A DNA stretch of 64,000 nucleotides from positions 81,797,921 through 81,861,920 of the forward strand of contig NC_092383.1 of the NCBI RefSeq assembly GCF_030028105.1, given 5' to 3'. The notes beneath the pieces are model-generated. The model did no database searches. It saw nothing but the letters and a program-made list of their open reading frames with translations, and had not been told where the DNA came from. Both the position numbers and the translations under genes were made by a program. This stretch comes from Mobula birostris. Lineage: Eukaryota. Below are positions 12,910 through 24,217 of this stretch, one piece after another (position 1 is the stretch's first letter; each line of letters opens with the position of its first letter).

Positions 12910-13158
12910 GCAACACACACAAAATGCTGGAGGAGCTCGGCAAGTCAGGCCGAAACTATCGAGAGAAATAAACAGTTGTTGTTTCAGGACAAGCCCCTTC
13001 ATCAGGACTGGAAAGGAAAGGAAAGAGGCTTTTCAGTCCTGATGAAGGATCTCGGCCTAAATGTCAACTGTTGATTCCCTTCCAAAGGTGTTGCCTGACC
13101 AGTGGGGTTCCTTCAGCATTTGTGTGTTCTTGAAGATTTCTAGCATCTGCAGAATTTT
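12910..13158. repeat. Inverted pair of Penelope terminal repeats
   Basis: ...cccttcatcaggactgg-spacer-cagtcctgatgaagg... with complementary arms; both hammerhead cores are damaged. Confidence 0.8.
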
Positions 13159-13499
13159 GTCTTTTAATGCCTTGTAACTTATTGCAGTTACTGGTTATGT
13201 AGGGGTGGTAGGCAAGTTGCATATGTTCCAGTTCCCAGAAGTACTTGGTTTGGCAATCATTTCAGTTATTTTGGTAGCGACATTTTTTTTTCCTAGCTCA
13301 AAATGGTTCTATTTGCATATGACATCATCAAAATGGACTGTAACTAGTATGCAATGCTATGTCATGCTCAGTTGTCATTGCAGTAGTCATTGATCCAATT
13401 TAAAGACGAAAGGAGCTGCCATCCTACTCTGGTATAGTTAGGGCTGCAGAAGTTCAAAGAGCTACTATGTGCTTGATTGAGAACTGACCTTCATTTCTG

Positions 13500-14290
13500 G
13501 ATTTCAGAGCTTTGCAGCACAGAAACAGGCCTTTTGGCCCATCTAGTTCATGCCGAACTATTATCCTGCCTAGTTATATCGACCTGGACCATAGCCCTCA
13601 TACCTTTTCCATCCATGTACTTACATAAACTACTCTTGAAAGTTGAAATCAAACCCGTGTCCACCATTTTTGCTGGCAGCTCATTCCACACTCTTAAGAC
13701 AGCCTCAGTGAAGAAGTTCCCCCTCATGTTCTCTTTAAACATTTCACCTTTCACCCTTAACCTATAATCTCTTGTTCTCATCTCAACCAACCACATTGGA
13801 AACAACCTGCTTATATTTACCCAATCTATTCTCATAATTTTATATACCCCTATCAAATCTCCCCTCAGTTTCCTACACTACAGGGGAAGAAGAAGTCCTA
13901 AACTATTTAATCTTCCCCTATATCTCAGGTCCTCAAGTCCCAGCAACATCCTTGTACCTTTTCTCTGTACTTGTTCAATCTTATTTATATCTATCCTATA
14001 GGAAGGTAACAGAACTGCATGCAATACTCCAAATTTGGTCTCACCATCATATTGTAAAACTTCAACACAGCATCCCAACTCCTGTACTCAGTACTTGGAT
14101 TTATGAAGGGGAATGTGCTAAAACCTCTCTTTACAACCCTATCTACCGACGGCACCACTTTCAAGGACTTGTGGATCTGTATTTTCAGGCCCCACTGTCC
14201 TTCTGCCCTCCTCGGTGCCTAACGTTCAATGTAAGTTCCCAAAGTGCAACACTTACCTGAATTAAATTCCATCTGCCATTTTTCAGTCCA
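13500..14290 (-). mobile_element. CR1 LINE 3' fragment
   Basis: Minus ORFs with IEQVQRKGTRML and VYKIMRID...RGNFFTEAVLRVWNELP. Confidence 0.85.
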
Positions 14291-14640
14291 CATAGGCCCT
14301 TATTATACTTAACCTTCACAGGACTGGCGGCCTTTCTCTTGTATCGCTAATCACTGTCATTTGTATTTCATTTTCATTGCCTTATAATATCACAGGAATC
14401 CAACAGTCCATTGCAGTGCAGTTTTTTTGACTCCACCAGTCAATGGATCCTTGTGACTGAAACTTGCTGTTGGCATGAAGTTAAAGATGCCTTTGAAGCA
14501 TTCTTAACAATACTACATTGGGAATTCTCTGGCTTTGTGTACTCATGTAGCTGAAATTGGGCATGAATCTGTCTTTGTCTTTGAAAATGCTTCTGAGGCA
14601 AGTAAATTTTTCTTTTTCTAACATTGTCTTTCCTTTTTAG

Positions 14641-15334
14641 GAAATGGATGTCCTAGTTGTACCTTGCCATGAAGCCCAGGCAGAACGGGGCACATTAGAT
14701 GATTATTTGAGACACTCCATGCCAATTCTTGTCTACGCTATCAGTGAGGACCGTTTGACAGACAATGAAGAGAGGGAGCTGGAGGACTTGAAGAAGAAAC
14801 ATGCCCTACCTATTTTCTTCATCAAAGTACCAAAACAATTGACAGGTCACCACCCAGAATCTCACTCAGGACCAGACAAGGATTACCTATTGAAAAGTTC
14901 AAAAACTGAAAAAGAAAAGAGCTTGCTTTATCGTCAGCTCACAAAGTTGGAGTACTTAAGTCCCACAGGATGTGGAATATCTCTCACCAACAAAGTCCCA
15001 AGTGTGTTGGTAGAACACTTTGAGAAGTTAAAGCAACTTGGAGCCTTTGCAAAGCAGGTGGTGCAGATGTATCTGGTTGATGCAGCAACTGTGCTGAATG
15101 GCGTCCACTGCCGCTGCCTTGATATCTTCATCAACCAGGCCTTCGATATGCAGAGGGACTTACAGATTACTCCCAAGCGATTGGAATACACCAGGGACAA
15201 GGAAAATGAGTTGTACCAGTCTCTGATGAGCATTGCAAATAGGAAACAGGAGGAAATGAGAGATATGATTGTTGAGACGCTGAGCAGCATGAAGGAGGAG
15301 CTTTTGGAAGAAGCAGCAAACTTGGAATTCAAAG
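14641..15334 (+). CDS. DSTYK: DSTYK coding exon (probable orthologue of human exon 3)
   Basis: Acceptor tttttag|GAA, donor AAAG|gtgagt, 694 bp. Encodes EMDVLVVPC...CLDIFINQAFDMQRDLQITPKRLEYTR...EFK, recognised as DSTYK. Confidence 0.96.
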
Positions 15335-15890
15335 GTGAGTTTAGCCTGTCAGTTTTTATTTGGAATGAATATTTATTTGAGTCCATTTATTTTGCTTTGT
15401 GCTCACATATTAAATGCTGATCTGGGTTTCTGATTGGTAATTGTGATCTATTAGATGACACTGGAGACTGCACAGTGTCGGGTTTGGTGCACAAGTTTGT
15501 AATGCTGCCACTTCTCCTGTACATAACTGATTTCTGTATTTGACACACTCTTACAAGTGGAGAGCACGCTCTATTCCTCAAGCATTGTATGAAGCTATTT
15601 GCTTTTAAAGTTTTTAAATTTTCCATGCTTTCTTCCCCAGTTTAAAACCACTCATATCTAGTTTGTGGGAATGAATTGATTAACAATTTATTTAAAGAAT
15701 TGTTTTATTTTATACATGGCCAGTTGATATAGAAAACAATTCGATTCAATTGATCTATGATTTCGAAGTAACTAAATTGGGAAGTGGGTTGATTTATATT
15801 TCAGTTTTTTAAAAGAAACACTAAATTTGTAATTAGCCATTGTCACCTTCATGATCTTGTTTGCTTCCTTTAACTTGGAGTAGTAATGTG

Positions 15891-16006
15891 TTCTGTATTT
15901 TAACATAGCATCCTATTGGGATTTGCTGTATACATCGTATCAAGCTGTTGCATATCACATTTTGTATAGAGCAAATCCCAATAGGATGCTATGTTAAAAT
16001 ACAGAA
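15891..16006. repeat. Near-perfect inverted repeat (44-bp arms, 28-nt loop)
   Basis: 15891-15934 is the reverse complement of 15963-16006 with one mismatch. Confidence 0.95.
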
Positions 16007-16636
16007 TAAGAATTGGTGTTTAAATTGGAAAGGAGAAACTTGCCATGTGTGGAGAAGTAAGTTGCTTGTAACAAAGGCAATGATTTGGATACTTATTTGA
16101 ATTCGCTAAGGCCTGATAGACGAAATGATTCAGAACTCTTCAAGTTAGTACATGAAAAATTATTTTTAAAATGGGGGGTATGGGCAAATCAGGGATCAGG
16201 TCACAATTTAAGTTCAGGTTTCTTTCAAGCCCAGTTTAAAAACAAACCATCCATCCATCCCACTGTGCCCTTTGTCATTTTCAACAGCGTGGGAGTTTAA
16301 TTTTTCTTCCCAATACCTGGAGGCTGTTGGATTTTGCAAGCATTTTCCTCATTTCTGTTTGCAATTACTTTATCTGTTGCAGGTGATTTCATACAGAAGC
16401 TGTTGGTGTTGAAAGCTTGGCACATTTGTGCTGAATACAACCCACAGTGAACCCACAATCTGTGGTTGTGTCTGTGTTGGTTTGCTGTGTTTTATGAGAG
16501 TAATTGCATTTAATATGTTTATTCAAGGAAATCTCAGTCTCCACCATCCAAGCACCTCACTCCTCCCAAGATTGTAAATCATTATTATGCAGTGGTAGGA
16601 AGTGACAACAGGGGAATGAGCACCCTCTGGTGGTAA

Positions 16637-16826
16637 CACAAACATGAGACTCTACAGATGCTGGAAATCCAAGCAACACACACAGTGCTGGAAGAACTCA
16701 GCAGGTCAGGCAGCATCAATGGAAAAGGGTAAACAGTCGACATTTCTCAGCCTGAAACGTCGACTATTTACTCTTTTCCATAGATGCTGCCTGGTCTCCT
16801 GAGTTCTTCCAGTATTTTGTGTGTCC
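16637..16826. repeat. Inverted pair of Penelope terminal repeats, centre deleted
   Basis: ggcagcatcaatggaaaagggtaaacagtcgac... mirrored by ...gtcgactatttactcttttccatagatgctgcc; the CTGATGA half of the core is absent. Confidence 0.8.
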
Positions 16827-17557
16827 TTTTCATCAGCTTGGTTTGACACAACTGCTGCATGATGGAGGGAGACTGATCAGAGAACTTAATAAGACTGGAT
16901 TGTAGCTTCAAAAACAAACAGGGTTCAGGGGAATTGAGGAAGGGATCTTTAAGTTAATCTGGGCAATATGATTGGTGTAAGAGTTGGGTTTCATCAGTTC
17001 CAGTTAAGCAGCAATCTATATGTGGTTTCACTGAGACTCTAGGAATTGCTACACTAGAGAGAAGCATAACAACTAGAGATTATATTCCTCTGGTTTCTTA
17101 TTTGAGCTAAATTGTGTCTGCAGTTCCCTTGGCTCTTGTACTGATGTGTAGAGCCAAATTTTGCAAGTCTGTTAAATTTAGAAACTCCACAAAGAGCATT
17201 AAATATTGTCCAAACTAATGATTAGTGATTTAAGGGTAAAGTCCTCAAATGGCAACTTTTAGATCTATGTCAAAGTGTAAATTGGTTCAGTCACCCAAAA
17301 GAGAGGTCAGTAGTACAGTGAAGTTCGAGTATATGTATACAACCAAATGAAACAACATTTCATTGGATCACAGTGAGTCTTGATTTTTCAAGCTTGTTGA
17401 CTCTGGCCTGCATGCATGTACTGGGCCCTTATTCCCACCTTGTTCATGATGTTAGAATTGACCTACCAATTGGTGGAATGTATGCCTCTTGTGTCTAAAG
17501 TTGTACAAATTTATCTGATCTATGAGTCCTGAATGAACTGCTTTTGGTGCCCTATGG

Positions 17558-17860
17558 GAGTGGTTCCCAACCTCCGGGCCACAGACCGATACATTGCCGC
17601 AAAGCATGCAGGGGTGCAGTAATAGCCAGAACACACCCAGCGTATCTTTAAGAAAAAAGCCAAAATAAGCAAGCTAATTAATTAGGTGCTACCCAGCATG
17701 TTAAATGTCAGCCCAGATCAGAGGCGATTGCCGATTGCGGCACCTAATTAATTAGTTTGTTTATTTCGGCTTTTTTCTTAAAGACTTGCTGGGTGCGTTC
17801 CGGCCACCGCTGCATTCTTCGCGGCAATGTATCAGTCCGCGGCCCAGTGGTTGGGAACTG
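17558..17860. mobile_element. hAT-type foldback MITE, 303 bp
   Basis: (C)AGTGGTTCCCAACC-type ends, imperfect inverted arms of about 130 bp, perfect 8-bp TSD CCCTATGG at 17550-17557 and 17861-17868. Confidence 0.92.
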
Positions 17861-17974
17861 CCCTATGGATCAACCTCTATTTAATTCTCTGGGTCAATTA
17901 AGGAAGTGGGCATCAGTTGCCACTGGTTGGCAGGACAAATGTAGGAAATGAGCTAAAGGATTGGAATAATCATC

Positions 17975-18430
17975 TGTAGAAGTTCTTGAGTGGATTTGAA
18001 ATACCAATCTCTTCAAACTCCTAATGAAGTATAGTCATTGCCTTGCCACCTTTACAGCTGTATCGATATGTTGGGACCAGGTTAGATCCTCAGAGATCTT
18101 GACACCCAGGCACTTGAAACTGCTCACTCTCTCCATTTCTGATTTCTCTGAGGATTGGTATGTGTTCCTTTGTCTTACCCTTCCTGAAGACCACAATTTT
18201 CCTCCTAAATGCTGATTCCTCACCACCTTTGATTTGGCCAACAGCAAATTGAAATATGGCATTGAGACTGTTTAGCTTTGCAGTCTTAAGTATAAAGCAA
18301 ATAGAGCAGAGCCCAAGCACACAGCCATGTTGTGCACCTGTGCTGATGAAGATTGTGCAGGAGATGCTGCCAATCTGAAATGACTGGGTAAACCAAGTAA
18401 GGCTATCGAGGATCTAATTGCTCAAAGAGG
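17975..18430 (-). mobile_element. Rex/Babar-like LINE fragment
   Basis: ERVSSFKCLGVKISEDLTWSQHID in ORF 18035-18262. Confidence 0.8.
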
Positions 18431-19524
18431 TATTCAGATTTTTATTGGCATTGAGTACTTTTTGAAAGGGAGAGCAGAACAGTATTCCACCCGAAGTAAA
18501 GCAATGAGCTAATCATTTCCTTAATTCAGAACATGTCAGAAAATATCAAGTTGACAATAGAAATGCTGAATTTCTAAAGTAGTCATGCACTGAAAAATAA
18601 CTTGCTGTGTTCTACTTTGATCCATGCAACATTTCTACTTGGTTCAGTAGGAGACGGGAGTTTTCCCTCTTACAGGTGATTAATGGCCATGAACATGGTG
18701 CATCCTCATTCAGTACTTGCTGTTCTTGAGCTAGGAGTAAAGTTTCCTTAGTTCAGTTTCCTCCTGAAAAAGCAAAAACTTATTTAGTTGTTGAAGGATT
18801 TTCGTGTTTGAACATCTTTTCTAGACTCTTTTATATGATGCAAGATGGAGCTTCAACATGGTGCTTTATTTCAGAATTGACCCCATTCTTAATTAAATTA
18901 ACCATGTTGCCAATACTGTACATTGTAGTTGGAAATTCTGAACTTTATTCAACAAAGATGATTTGAATGCATGTTAGTCTATTTTGTTTCTCTCTGTCAA
19001 CTTTGTCCCCACTGTTTTCTCCCATACTTCCCTCTTTCCTAGTCCTCCTGATAGCCTGCCACTTCAGTAGTTTCAAGAATGTAATGTTGGTTGTGTTCAC
19101 TTTGTGTATTCCCTGCTTGATCAATGCTGGAAGATGCCATGATAACTGCTGTTTCTGATCCAATTGTGATATCAAAGCACAGGGGCTCTCCTTGATTCTA
19201 ACATTTATTTATTTCTAAGTTGTTAGTAATGATTTGTACAGTATATTAAGCTTGGAAACTAAATTATCTGTTTCTGCATCACATTGTTAACTATGTTCTG
19301 TACACTTCACAGCCAAGGGTAAATTGTGAAAGCTGCTGCTAGAATGAATCTAACTTGCCAGAAGCCAACAGGAATAGCATGTTGCAATGGTGGTGGGGTG
19401 GGGAAAAGCCAAAAAAAAGCAACTAGTGGTACAGCAGTCAGCACAAAGAGGAAATACTTTGAACAGTAGCTCATTAAGTGGACAGATTACATGCAACCTG
19501 GAGAAATTGGATCTGCAGGATGAG

Positions 19525-19624
19525 CAGCGCACATCAAAGTTGCTGGTGAACGCAGCAGGCCAGGCAGCATCTCGAGGAAGAGGTGCAGTCGACGTTTCAG
19601 GCTGAGACCCTTCGTCAGGACCCT
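19525..19624 (-). mobile_element. 100-bp Penelope-derived insert with intact hammerhead core
   Basis: 13-bp TSD TCTGCAGGATGAG at 19512-19524 and 19625-19637. Minus strand reads GTC CTGACGA AGG-gtctcag-CCT GAAA CG TC GAC. Confidence 0.85.
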
Positions 19625-20004
19625 TCTGCAGGATGAGTTTGGGGAGCAGTAGCACCACCTAGTGTTAGAAAGCACAGAATGCATTGACAGTTAAAAGTTC
19701 TAGTGTGCTCAGAAAAGATAATGAACAGATTATGATATAAATAAGGGTTATAAATAGCAAGTTCTTAACTCTAACCCTACCTTCTCTCTTCTTCCCCCCC
19801 CCCCCCCTTACAAATACTGGGAACTGGGATCAACAGGATTTTCAGGGTGGTAGTTGGATTGTAAAATGGTATTCGGTCATTTATTGATACTATCTAAATA
19901 CCCAGAACTAGTAATGGTGTCACTTTATAAAAATCAATGGAGCAGGCAGTGTACCACTATAAGTGTATTCTGCTAATACTTGTTTAAAAATTCCTTTCAC
20001 TAAT

Positions 20005-20252
20005 TAAATGACCTTGCCTGGTGTCTCAATGTTGGGTGTGTCTGCATCAATGCCACCCCCTCCCCAGCACTCCTTCTCTGCTACTTGTGCAACACCCTTC
20101 CCGTTGTGCTCCACCCTCGCCATTCCCAACATCCTTTGTTCCCACCAGATTTACAAACTCAGTCTCGACTCCATGTTCACAAATACAGTACTGTGCAAAA
20201 GTCTTAGGTGCATATATATAGATAATATGCCTAAGATTTTTGCACAGTACTG
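20005..20252 (-). mobile_element. Partial compound Tc1-type element ending in a 67-bp mini-MITE (20186-20252)
   Basis: 23-bp TIRs CAGTACTGTGCAAAAGTCTTAGG with one mismatch, flanked by TA. 20005-20185 is homologous to the reverse complement of about 47866-48045. Confidence 0.88.
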
Positions 20253-20789
20253 TACTATATATCTTCCAATTTCAATCCTGAATACAAGTAACCAACCACA
20301 AACTTCGGTACTGAAGGTATTCAAACCATTAAAATTTCTCATTTCAGTTCTGAATAAGTGACCCCAGCCTGGCTATATGAAGTACTATTAATTAACTTCA
20401 ATGTTATTATGTAGCAGTTTGAGTTGAGGTGCATTAATTATATAGGAGAATAATCTTTGGTAGGAGTAGTTTAGTCACACTTAAACCAACTTAATAAGTT
20501 GGGCTCTTAATTTAGTATGTTAGCTTTAATTGATATTAAAATTTGCATTTAATTTGTAAAGTGGAACAGAATTCAGGGACTGGCTAGCCTATTCTTGATT
20601 CTGAGAGACTTCCAGTGATGGTCCTACAGCCTGAAATATTTTTACCCCATACTGATTTGATCCAAATTTGGCAATCTCACTAGATCCAGAGTTGCGTGTA
20701 TCCTGGTTATACTTCACTACATAAGACTTCAAGATTTCATTGCGATATATTGTGTATTTTTATCTTCAAGTACCTTGATTACTTTATTT

Positions 20790-21480
20790 GAAGGTGGCTT
20801 TTGGCACACTGTCCTTCATCAGTCAGGGCATTTGAGTATGGAAGTTGGATTCAATACTGAGTGTCTTGCTTGTTGTACAAATCATTGATGAAACTGGATT
20901 TGGAATATTGTATTCAGTTTTGGTCACCATCAAATGGGAAATATGCCATTAAGTTGGAATTTGAGCGAATTTATAAGAATACTGCTGGGACTTGAGGGAC
21001 TGAGCTGCGGACACATGTTGAACAGCTTGGGACTATTTTCATTGGACCACAGGAAATTGTGGGGTGATCTGATAGAATGTATAAAATTACAAGTGGCATA
21101 GATAGTGAATGTGCATAGTGGTTTTTTTTACAGCATCAAGAATTAGAGCAGGAGTTCCCAATCTTTTTTTTGCCATGGGCCCTTACCTTTAACTGAGGGG
21201 TCCGTGGATCCCAGTGTGAAAACCCTGAACTTGAGGCTGTAGGTTTAAGGTGAGAGGGAAGAGACTTAAAGACTTCAGCCAGAGAGTGATCAGTACATAG
21301 AATGAGCTACTGGAGGAAGTGGTTGAGGTAGGTACGTTAACAACATTTAAAAGACCTGGACAGAGACACAGATAGGAAAGGCTTTAGAGGGATGTGAGCC
21401 AAGTGCAAGCAAATGGGAATCTTGAACGGCATAGACCAGCTGGGCCTAAAGATGTATTTCTGTGATGTATGACTCTTGCC
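20790..21480 (+). mobile_element. Degenerate CR1 3' fragment
   Basis: ttggaatattgtattcagttttggtcacc, ggggtgatctgataga and ataggtttaaggtgagagg-type CR1 motifs. Confidence 0.75.
21149..21227. mobile_element. ~79-bp hAT-like mini-MITE inside CR1
   Basis: CAGGAGTTCCCAA...AAAACCCTG ends; diverged 8-bp TSD AATTAGAG / AACTTGAG. Confidence 0.6.
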
Positions 21481-21730
21481 CACATTTATAGAATTTTGCC
21501 ACTCTGCCTTACTTCCATTTTAATTGAAGTGTAATTTAACTGTGACAATTTTGCCTTGGTTAAATGTAGGTTTCCTAACCTTTTTTGGTTTTGTAATGCT
21601 ATTCTTAAAATGAACTGAAGTATTTTACTACAGTATTTATGTAATTTGAATTTTTGGAATGCTTTTAACATATTAAGCTTGTTTTCTCATTTTCTTTTGT
21701 TCCCCCCTCATTCCCCACCCTCAACCACAG

Positions 21731-21969
21731 ACATAATCATCTCTGAGAATGGTGAGACTGTTGGCAATAAGGATATTAAATGCTGCATCAAACAGATTCA
21801 GGAGTTGATTATTACTCGGTTAAATCAGGCGGTTGCCAATAAGCTGATCAGCTCTGTTGACTACCTTCGAGAGAGTTTTGTTGGGACCCTCGAGCGGTGC
21901 CTGAAGAGCCTGGAGAAATCCAGCCAGGATTCTGCAGTGAACAATGTTGCCAGCAATCATCTGAAGCAG
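21731..21969 (+). CDS. DSTYK: DSTYK coding exon (probable exon 4)
   Basis: cag|AC ... CAG|gtgtgt, 239 bp. DIIISENGE...[28 protein letters not shown]...HLKQ; phase fits the previous exon. Confidence 0.96.
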
Positions 21970-24133
21970 GTGTGTCAAAAGTGGGTAATAGATGACAAAA
22001 GCTCTTGGGCATGCAAGTATTTTCAGCACTGTGCAGCAGTTATTGTGAAACTTCATTAGTGGCTTCATGTATTTTTTTGCTTTAGATGGTATTTTCTAGC
22101 CAGTATCGTAACTAAATCTGTGTACTGACTTGAGGGGAGAGGAGGAAATGTTGCACAGATATCAGTAATCCGAAATACAGCACCTTGAAGGCTGGTGGAG
22201 GCATTTTCATTTCAAGGAAAAAAAAGTTGTAGTGTTTATTCATAGAGCAATGCAGAAAAAAAATGACATAAGCTGGCTAGGTATATCCAAGAGCAGAAAT
22301 AAGATGAATCCCCTTCTCTCCTATTCTATTTCTTTTATTATTGTCTTTGCACTTTTACTTGTGTACCACCTCTCGTAACTGTGGCTGAAAGAACATTTGT
22401 GCTACTTTATTAGGCAATCGGTAATAAAGTAATCTGCTCTGACTATTATAAAGAATCTTGTTGGCTTAGGTTTTCTCACAAGTCAAAACAATGATGGTGC
22501 TATTGTCTGTTTTGCTTGTTGTGCAACAGAACTGAAATAAGACAGACTTATTCTGTCCTCCATCTCAAGTTTCTAATCTGAAAGTTAATTTTTGAAGTCA
22601 TCTAAGTAATTCAATCCTGTTGATAGTTAGCTGCCAGTGAGCCAACAGTATAAAGATAACAAACACACAGAAAATGCTGGAGGAAATGTTATGTCCGAAC
22701 AACTAGCTCCACAAAATGTAAACTTCATGTGCTCAATATAATACCAAATAAAAGAAGTTTGAATATAGGGTAGGGGACGTAGCTGGTGGAGGATTTTGCT
22801 ATTTGACATGGTATTTGTCTCCTGTGATCTGTATGGAAACCGCACACGAGCTACAGACACAATGAGATTTGTATAGATAACAAGTATTGTTAATCTAATG
22901 GTGGAATAATCTGTATCTGTGGTGCAAATTCTATGCAATATGTTGTCATAATCTTGGCATTGTCCCCGGTTTGTTAATTTTCTCTGTTTGAAAAATCTTC
23001 GTGTCAGTTGTCTTTGTTATAACGCTTGAATGGCATTTTGGTCTTTTTCCTGTACTGTGATGATGTGAATGGGAGGAAGTCTGCTGTAGTGTGAGATTAT
23101 AATTAATCCTTTTTAAAGTATGGGAATTTAAATTAGGGATGCTTGCCCATGGTAATTCAAGTCCTGGGATATAATAATCCCAGTGAGAATTTTGAAGATT
23201 GCCACATTGAGCAAACTGGGGACATCCTGGAACTTGTAAGATAATGTTGAGGAAGAAATTTATGTTGCAGAGCTTTTTCCTTGTATTTTTTCTTTGGTAG
23301 GAATGAAGCTGTTCTACTCAGCCAGGGCATCCTCTTATAATGTCAACTGAAATAACTGAAGGGCTTGAATAATGGGGGGCATATATTAGCTATATTATTG
23401 CCTCCGAGGGTTGGCCTCTAGAGAAAACAATCCAAGTCTGTCCAAACTGTCAGAGCATGTGCCATCTAATCCAGGTCACACCCTATCTCAAATCTCCCAA
23501 TTCCTTCCCCTCTGTAATGGGCTGCTAGAATTGAATAAATTAACTAGGTAAAGCCTAACCAGAGTTTTAAATAGCTGCAACATCCTGAATCTTGAATTCA
23601 GTGCCTTGACTAACAAAGACAAGCATACTATCCACCTTTATTACCCTATCAACTTGTATGCCCATTTTCAGGGAGCAATGGATTTGAACCCCAATGTCCC
23701 TCTGTACTTCAATGCTGTTAAAGATCTTGCTTTAAGGGAAGCCGAAACTATACTGTTTTTGAAAGTGAATTCCCCACGTCTTGGCTCGTACCATGTGGCT
23801 CATCTGTTTCAAATGGTGCTGTTGAAAAACTCTATGGCCATACACTTCAATTTTGTCTTTCTATTACAAATTTTTGTTCGAAGTCCAAGGTGTATGTCAT
23901 GCAATACATGGGTTGTCTCTGAGCTAATGATAGGTTTGTTGCCTAATCATAATAATCTATTAGTTTGTTTTTGGATATGATGTGAGGAAGGTGAACTTTG
24001 GGACCAAGAGGTTTAGTTCTTCCAAGATGTGCTGTGCTTGAAACATTCTGTGTCACAATTTTCTTGTATTGAGGATTATTGCTTAATGTTTTAGTTATTC
24101 AGGGTTGTGGTAAATAATGGTGTCTTTTCATAG

Positions 24134-24217
24134 ATTTTAAATGCTGCATATCATGTTGAGGTGACATTCCACTCAGGCTCAACAGTTTCCCGGCTGCTTT
24201 GGGAGCAGATCAAGCAG
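24134..24217 (+). CDS. DSTYK: DSTYK coding exon (probable exon 5)
   Basis: tag|ATT ... CAG|gttagt, 84 bp. [28 protein letters not shown]. Not in the ORF track. Confidence 0.95.

Noticed and set aside
1-14640. DSTYK first exons or promoter
   Set aside because: No ORF resembling the DSTYK N-terminus and no unique CpG island were seen; they probably lie upstream of the window.
14934-15386. 150-aa antisense ORF
   Set aside because: Shadow ORF of the DSTYK exon, with no recognisable protein features.
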